IMG/VR virus record: IMGVR_UViG_3300032293_001310
Span: 17,404 to 81,403 of that record
Length of the DNA stretch: 64,000 nucleotides
Reading direction: 5' to 3' (one strand)
Origin: a virus
The position numbers and the translations under genes were made by a program. The notes under the pieces were generated by a model. That model did no database searches. It was not told where the DNA came from and saw only the letters and a list, made by a program, of their open reading frames with translations. Below, one piece after another: positions 59,136 through 64,000 of this stretch (position 1 is the first letter of the stretch; every line of letters begins with the position of its first letter).

Positions 59136-60012
59136 GCTAATTGTAAATATTTTAATTTGAGTAATTGTTGGTTATATTTTTTAACCACACTCTAACAGGT
59201 GCATCCAATTTTGTTTCAATGCGTTTATAGCAAGGTTTTTGTATTGTGTGAAGAAAATCGGGCGTGGGATATGCCTTGCCACCACCGTGCATATAACATA
59301 TAGTTCTAATTTTGCCCTCTAAATGCATACACGCTGATGGAAATATGTACTCTTCAAATGTCAGAAATGGAGATTCTACATTCTCATCAAAATGAAATTT
59401 ATTGTCTATATCTGAAACAAATTTTATGGTACTATATTTCATAGTCAGTCCTTCGTGCCAATGTCCGTATATTTTAGAGATGCCATGATCTCTTAATACG
59501 CCTCTTATTTTATTGTTTGCATATATTCCCTTCCACCATACCCACCTAAGATTGCCCTCTTCGACGATATACTCAGGAATTTCTGGCTTACCTCCAAGAA
59601 AGTCGCTAGTCATTTCTCTATGAAAATATGATGTAGACGCCATTATAATAAAATCTCGGGATATTATATTTTGTTCTTGGCAATATTGAAAATTTCGTAT
59701 GTGTCCCATAGCCAAACTAATATTATACGTGTTTTTGGGAAAAGGATTTGATAAGTGGCAATTTTTAAATTCCGAGATTTTGTCTTGCAAATTGTCGTAC
59801 ATATATTGATTTGGACCCAACACTACGGCAATATTGAAATTACGATTGTAATAATATAAGTTTCGCAGTGTATCAAGTATTACGTCGGGGGCTTCATGAA
59901 CTGTGTATGAATAAATTATATCAAACATATAGTTAAATATAATTTATTGTCTACATAGCATAATTAAATTATATCAAAGTAAGCAAAAATACGTATTTGC
60001 TAATTGTAAATA
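59127..60012. repeat. 23-bp direct repeat TACGTATTTGCTAATTGTAAATA flanking an inverted gene
   Basis: Identical copies at 59127-59149 and 59990-60012. Confidence 0.85.
59152..59928 (-). CDS. Hypothetical protein, possibly glycosyltransferase-like
   Basis: 258-aa ORF; VHE..., EEYIFPS loosely resemble GT14/core-2-like proteins. Confidence 0.6.
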   Translation of the reverse strand: MFDIIYSYTVHEAPDVILDTLRNLYYYNRNFNIAVVLGPNQYMYDNLQDKISEFKNCHLSNPFPKNTYNISLAMGHIRNFQYCQEQNIISRDFIIMASTSYFHREMTSDFLGGKPEIPEYIVEEGNLRWVWWKGIYANNKIRGVLRDHGISKIYGHWHEGLTMKYSTIKFVSDIDNKFHFDENVESPFLTFEEYIFPSACMHLEGKIRTICYMHGGGKAYPTPDFLHTIQKPCYKRIETKLDAPVRVWLKNITNNYSN

Positions 60013-60063
60013 ATTTTATATAGTTTTTTGACATATATATTATATCTATAGATATACAAATAT

Positions 60064-60384
60064 ATGGCAGATGATAAAGACCTAATAAGAGAGTTTTTAA
60101 CTGGCGGATGGCTGGTAGCACTAATAGGTGCGGCGGGCATGGTCGCAAGATTGCTAACAGACGAAAGTAAGATGCCGTGGGTAGAACAACTCAAAAAGAT
60201 ATTTGCTGCTTCTATATGCTCTATAATAGCGTGGTTTATGTTGGAACAAACTGACATAGCCAGCCTTACCAAAGCAATAATATATGGTGTTGTTGGTGTA
60301 ATATCACCTGAGTTATTACAAGGATTGGCAAGATTAGCAAAGCAAGTATCCAAAAACCCAGAAAAGTTTATCAAAAAACGATGA
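60064..60384 (+). CDS. Putative holin
   Basis: 106 aa, three hydrophobic helices, basic C-terminus. Confidence 0.65.
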   Translation: MADDKDLIREFLTGGWLVALIGAAGMVARLLTDESKMPWVEQLKKIFAASICSIIAWFMLEQTDIASLTKAIIYGVVGVISPELLQGLARLAKQVSKNPEKFIKKR

Positions 60385-61025
60385 AATCAAAACATGCTAT
60401 TATCGCGATGCTTTTTATTGTGGCCATATTTGTGTCAAAAGGTTTGTATACAAGTTCAATGCTGCGTTCAAAGATTGACCATTCGTATAAAGAATTTGAA
60501 GTTGTAACAAACACACTTAGTCCGCTTTTTGATTCATATGGTCTGGCATTGGTGGATAGTCAAGTCAAAGTTTCTCACGACCTTATTACTATAGACCAGT
60601 TTAGAAACATACTAACAAAAACATTACAACAGCAGAACATTTTGCTGGATACATACAAGAGAAGTGTATCCGGTGTTGAAACAATAGATGACAAAGAGTT
60701 GTTTATTCGCACACAACGTGTAACGGAATTTATCAAAAAGATACAAGTATTGACTGTACGTGGAGATATAAAAGAAATACATAATCAATTATACAATGGC
60801 GAAATGTATCGTGTGATAGATCCAGTCACAGAAATCATAAACAAGATACTGGAAAACAAGTTTGATGCTGCTGAAAAATCAAGAAAAATAGCTTTAGACG
60901 AGTTGGTAGCATATGAAAAAGTAGTATATTTCACTGCGGCCTTGACAATTATACTGGGTGTGGCATTATTCAGGTGTAAAGACGATTGTAATGTACGAAA
61001 AAAAGTCCGTAGAAGGAAGAAATAA
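60381..61025 (+). CDS. Two-TM membrane protein with extracytoplasmic helical domain
   Basis: N- and C-terminal TM segments flanking ~150 helical residues; basic tail; coupled to the holin. Confidence 0.65.
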   Translation: MKSKHAIIAMLFIVAIFVSKGLYTSSMLRSKIDHSYKEFEVVTNTLSPLFDSYGLALVDSQVKVSHDLITIDQFRNILTKTLQQQNILLDTYKRSVSGVETIDDKELFIRTQRVTEFIKKIQVLTVRGDIKEIHNQLYNGEMYRVIDPVTEIINKILENKFDAAEKSRKIALDELVAYEKVVYFTAALTIILGVALFRCKDDCNVRKKVRRRKK

Positions 61026-61040
61026 TAAATTTAAATGTTT

Positions 61041-61116
61041 GCGGTAGTAGCTCAGTTGGTAGAGCGCGATCCTTCCAAGCTCGATGTCGCAGGTTCGAAC
61101 CCTGTCTACCGCACCA
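61041..61116 (+). tRNA. tRNA-Gly(TCC)
   Basis: Cloverleaf, anticodon loop CTTCCAA, GGTTCGAACC, CCA end. Confidence 0.93.
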
Positions 61117-61120
61117 ATTT

Positions 61121-61190
61121 GTCATTGTCTTGTATAAGAGTCGCTAGAAGGTGATCACCGACGCGAGGCAGCTTTACTCCGCCCAATGAC
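61121..61190 (+). ncRNA. tRNA-sized structured element or degenerate tRNA
   Basis: GTCATTG/CAATGAC 7-bp closing stem with three internal hairpins; no canonical anticodon or T loop. Confidence 0.4.
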
Positions 61191-61201
61191 AATATATTTA
61201 T

Positions 61202-61279
61202 GTATGTGTGTGCCCGAAATAGATAGGGCGGTCTCTGCAAAAGACATTTATGCTGGTGCAATTCCAGTCACATACTCCA
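61202..61279 (+). tRNA. tRNA-Cys(GCA)
   Basis: GTATGTG/CACATAC acceptor, loop CTGCAAA, U73 discriminator, CCA. Confidence 0.8.
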
Positions 61280-61281
61280 AT

Positions 61282-61416
61282 ATGAAAAATAAAATCAAAT
61301 TGCCAACGCTAGAAGGTAGACTAAAAAACAAGATAAGAACCAGAAAAGAAGCAGTCAAACAACTGCAAGATGCTGGAATGGAATTAACGCCATTAGCCAA
61401 AAAGTATCTTAAATGA
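61282..61416 (+). CDS. Small basic hypothetical protein (44 aa)
   Basis: ATG directly after tRNA-Cys; MKNKIKLPTLEGRLK... Confidence 0.5.
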   Translation: MKNKIKLPTLEGRLKNKIRTRKEAVKQLQDAGMELTPLAKKYLK

Positions 61417-61449
61417 ATAAGTCTCTAGACCAAACACTCTACAATTTAT

Positions 61450-61525
61450 TGTCCCATAGCTCAGTTGGAAGAGCAAGAAACTGTTAATTTCAAGGTCGCA
61501 CGTTCGAACCGTGCTGGGACAGCCA
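61450..61525 (+). tRNA. tRNA-Asn(GTT)
   Basis: TGTCCCA/TGGGACA acceptor, loop CTGTTAA, G73, CCA. Confidence 0.92.
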
Positions 61526-61531
61526 TTTAAT

Positions 61532-61606
61532 ACGGACGTGGTATATTGGTAGTGCAGCAGTCTCCAAAACTGCCTTATGTGAGTTCGATTCTCACCATCC
61601 GTGCCA
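61532..61606 (+). tRNA. tRNA-Trp(CCA)
   Basis: GCAGT-CTCCAAA-ACTGC anticodon arm, GTTCGATTC, CCA. Confidence 0.9.
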
Positions 61607-61614
61607 TCTTTACT

Positions 61615-61844
61615 TTACCAGTAAGACGCAAAGTCTTAGCGGTCGTAGCATACACATCAGCAATCTTGCGGGTCGTTTCTGCAAGACCAAGTGACAGGTA
61701 CGACGCCCGATAAGCCGGATATCATTCGCTAAACGTGAGCCAAGGCAAAAGAAGCGTTTGATAATCCAAGAACAGAGTGCACGATATGTTCGGGTCATCA
61801 CGGAGAAAAATAGTGTATGGTGGGTGAGAGCCCCACACTGGTAA
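61615..61844 (+). ncRNA. Unassigned 230-nt structured RNA with tRNA-like ends
   Basis: TTACCAGT/ACTGGTAA closing stem, CATACAC/GTGTATG stem, T-arm-like GTGGG-TGAGAGC-CCCAC. Confidence 0.6.
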
Positions 61845-61853
61845 TTCATTTAT

Positions 61854-61928
61854 GGGGGTATGGTATATGGGTATTACGCTGGCCTGTCACGCCGGAAAAC
61901 CGGGTTCGATGTCCCGGTACTCCCGCCA
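61854..61928 (+). tRNA. tRNA-Asp(GTC)
   Basis: CTGGC-CTGTCAC-GCCGG arm, G73, CCA; 8-nt T loop. Confidence 0.88.
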
Positions 61929-61991
61929 ATTTTTTCTAAATATTTATTAAATATGTAATGTTTTCGGACTCCGAGTCCATATTTATTACAT

Positions 61992-62432
61992 ATGAAACAA
62001 AATCACAAATGTAAAGTAACGGACCAGCAGATAATAGACGCATATAATGCAACCTTGACATTACACGAAGCGGCGGGTGAATTGGACATCACAGTAATTA
62101 CTCTTTGGAGAAGAGCCAAAAAATTAAATTTGGCCTGGAAAAATAAAGGATACAGAGGAAATAAAAAAGGCATAAAGATACCGCTCAACGAAATTCTCGA
62201 AGGTAAGCATCCAGAGTATCAAACATTTAAATTAAAAAAGCGATTAATATGGGAAAAAGTAAAGGAAAATAAATGTGAAGTGTGTGGAATATCCGAATGG
62301 ATGAACCGAGAATTGATAATGCAACTTGACCATATTGACGGAGACCCGCACAATCACAAATTGGATAACTTGAGAATGATTTGCCCAAATTGCCACTGCC
62401 AAACAGATACTTGGTGTGGTAAGAATAAATAA
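61992..62432 (+). CDS. HNH endonuclease with N-terminal HTH (probable homing endonuclease)
   Basis: CEVCG...LDHIDGD..N.KLDNLRMICPNCH. Confidence 0.9.
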   Translation: MKQNHKCKVTDQQIIDAYNATLTLHEAAGELDITVITLWRRAKKLNLAWKNKGYRGNKKGIKIPLNEILEGKHPEYQTFKLKKRLIWEKVKENKCEVCGISEWMNRELIMQLDHIDGDPHNHKLDNLRMICPNCHCQTDTWCGKNK

Positions 62433-62438
62433 TTTTAC

Positions 62439-62526
62439 GGCAGTTTATACTATTAAAGAGGTAGCACGCACTGTAAATGCGTTGTCCTAACGGACTCGGT
62501 GGGAGCGTTACCCACAACTGCCACCA
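62439..62526 (+). tRNA. tRNA-Tyr(GTA)
   Basis: GGCAGTT/AACTGCC acceptor, ACGCA-CTGTAAA-TGCGT, long variable arm, CCA. Confidence 0.85.
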
Positions 62527-62609
62527 ACTTCATATGAAGAAGCCACCAGCCTGATCCGCTGTCCTACCAACCGTGGCGATCCCCTATGGTAGTGAAGGGA
62601 CCAATTTAT

Positions 62610-62684
62610 GGGAGTATAGTGTAATGTATAACACGCAACGCTACGGACGTTGTAATCTAGGTTAAATTCCTAATACTCCTACCA
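62610..62684 (+). tRNA. tRNA-Arg(ACG)
   Basis: CAACG-CTACGGA-CGTTG arm, CCA. Confidence 0.85.
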
Positions 62685-62688
62685 ATTT

Positions 62689-62764
62689 GGCCCCATAGAA
62701 TAATGGTTGAGTTCGCCTGCCTTTCAAGCAGGAGAGGTGGGATCGTGACCCACTGGGGCTACCA
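62689..62764 (+). tRNA. tRNA-Glu(TTC)
   Basis: CCTGC-CTTTCAA-GCAGG arm, GGCCCCA/TGGGGCT acceptor, CCA. Confidence 0.85.
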
Positions 62765-62840
62765 GTTTTTACTAACCAAATCATCGGCTACAATGTGCGT
62801 TTGGGCACTGAAATGCCGATGGATATTATATTTATCATTA

Positions 62841-63587
62841 ATGAAATACAAAGAAATATCTTGTCGCGTACTAGTACCTTTTAGAGGGGGAGAGATGTTT
62901 GATGACAATGAAGAATATTGGGCAGAAACTTGCTTTGGTAATTTTATGGAAAGTGTATATATACCAAATATCAAATCGTTCAAGTGGTTTTGGTTTACAC
63001 GATATGAATATTATCTTTCCAAAGATACATTCATTAAAAAGTACGTAGAGAAAGACAAAAATTTTACTAGACCATCAGAGGATGACCCCAAAGAAACAGA
63101 GTATCGTTGCATTTATTTAAGAATGGAAATTAAAGCAGCCGATTATAATAAAATAAAATCCTCAATAGAAGAATATGCAGAAGAACGTGGATATAAAGCT
63201 GTAAGATTTGAGAGTTATAATAAAACTGAAGATTTCGGTAGTGACAGGTTTGCTCCTACATTGAAAAATAAAAATGAAAGTTTTAATAAAAAACTAAAGA
63301 AAATTAGAGCATCAGATTTTACAAACTTCATGTATTATACTTGTCGTATGTTATTCTGGTGTTTGAGAAAGAATGAAAAGGGATGGTACATACCGGAAAA
63401 AAACTTGCATCCATACAATGCAACTACGAAATCCACTTTGGAATCATTCCATCATATGTTTTGCAACGCAACGAATGTACCGTTAGTGGTATTTGAAAAA
63501 GATGGTAAGGTTGGAACTCATATATATCCATTTGAAGGTTGTAAAAAAGACGATCCAAACGTTAATCGGATTGATATTAAGTTTTGA
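62841..63587 (+). CDS. Hypothetical protein resembling the lantibiotic dehydratase C-terminal/thiopeptide-type domain
   Basis: WFWFTRY...IYLRM...SFHHMFCN pattern; ATG at 62841 avoids overlap with tRNA-Glu. Confidence 0.55.
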   Translation: MKYKEISCRVLVPFRGGEMFDDNEEYWAETCFGNFMESVYIPNIKSFKWFWFTRYEYYLSKDTFIKKYVEKDKNFTRPSEDDPKETEYRCIYLRMEIKAADYNKIKSSIEEYAEERGYKAVRFESYNKTEDFGSDRFAPTLKNKNESFNKKLKKIRASDFTNFMYYTCRMLFWCLRKNEKGWYIPEKNLHPYNATTKSTLESFHHMFCNATNVPLVVFEKDGKVGTHIYPFEGCKKDDPNVNRIDIKF

Positions 63588-63628
63588 TATAATCCGTGTA
63601 TAGGACAATTTTTCCAATAAATTGTTAT

Positions 63629-63699
63629 TGTTCCTTGGTGTAATGGTAGCACAAGCGACTTTGACTCGCTTTGTCATGGTTCGAATCCATGAGGAACAG
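63629..63699 (+). tRNA. tRNA-Gln(TTG), CCA not encoded
   Basis: TGTTCCT/AGGAACA acceptor, AGCGA-CTTTGAC-TCGCT, GGTTCGAATCC. Confidence 0.9.
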
Positions 63700-63799
63700 T
63701 TACTATATATTTAGTCACACGGTAGTCAAAAAATGTGAATTAGTATGAGAGAAATCGCAATTTCATATATATTTATTATATAATAACTCAATACACAAT

Positions 63800-64000
63800 A
63801 TGAATAAAACTGAATTTAAGAGTCTTATAGAAGAATGCATTAGAGAAGTAAACGAAGAAAGAGATATAGTATATCTCACAGACAATGAAGTGGCTTTCAT
63901 ATTGAAAGAGAGTTATGTTCCAGCCAAACGCGACAGATTGTTGCAAGAAGGAAAGAAAAAAATGTCATACGCAGAAGCAGAAGCCATGCTTCGTGAAGAA
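63800..64000 (+). CDS. Hypothetical protein, 3'-truncated by window edge
   Basis: MNKTEFKSLIEECIREVNEE..., same N-terminal motif as the 9187/12240/13431 proteins; TATTTATT upstream. Confidence 0.65.
   Translation, partial: MNKTEFKSLIEECIREVNEERDIVYLTDNEVAFILKESYVPAKRDRLLQEGKKKMSYAEAEAMLREE

Noticed and set aside
61121-61190. SAM-I riboswitch or SRP RNA
   Set aside because: Only partial resemblance (ATAAGAG...GGCAGC); P3/P4, an expression platform and the SRP GGAA tetraloop motif are missing
61615-61844. tmRNA or group I intron-containing tRNA
   Set aside because: No G3-U70 alanine identity, no CCA, no convincing tag ORF and no group I core motifs; kept as an unassigned RNA
62703-62840. ORF-track N-terminal extensions at 62703, 61186, 53281 and 2346
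   Set aside because: They overlap tRNAs or neighbouring genes; downstream ATGs fit better
1-64000. Stop-codon reassignment
   Set aside because: Core genes are full length in the standard code, genes end at TAA or TGA as expected, and no suppressor tRNA is seen

Overview
This window is a 64-kb segment of an AT-rich, T4-like (contractile-tailed) jumbo bacteriophage genome, read in the standard genetic code and mostly on the + strand. In order it holds: the end of a Gly-rich fibre-type gene; an opposite-strand sulfotransferase and GT8 pair; tail sheath and tube; a set of probable head-packaged proteins sharing an N-terminal 'M-x-K-S/T-E-L-K-x-L/I-I-x-E' motif; two gp26-like hub/chaperone paralogues, tape measure and baseplate genes; a divergent family-A polymerase; gp32-like SSB, RecA, 5'-3' exonuclease, helicase and nrdBA; MoxR-VWA and rIIA/rIIB; a Thr/Pro-repeat protein followed by seven glycan-synthesis genes; PolB with clamp and clamp loader; a 2H phosphoesterase, a methyltransferase with a putative endonuclease and an RNA ligase; holin; and a tRNA cluster (9 tRNAs, an HNH gene and several unassigned structured RNAs). 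Two promoter classes are visible: sigma70-like TTGACN-N16/18-TANNNT, often with leaderless starts, and a late-type TATTTATA box. The most striking unannotated element is at 58551-58776. It is a 38-codon leader ORF containing all 20 amino acids (30 different codons), whose 3' end forms an antiterminator that competes with an intrinsic terminator upstream of the ncRNA/holin/tRNA region. It is a candidate pan-tRNA-sensing attenuator. All functional calls come from motif recognition by eye; no database search was run.
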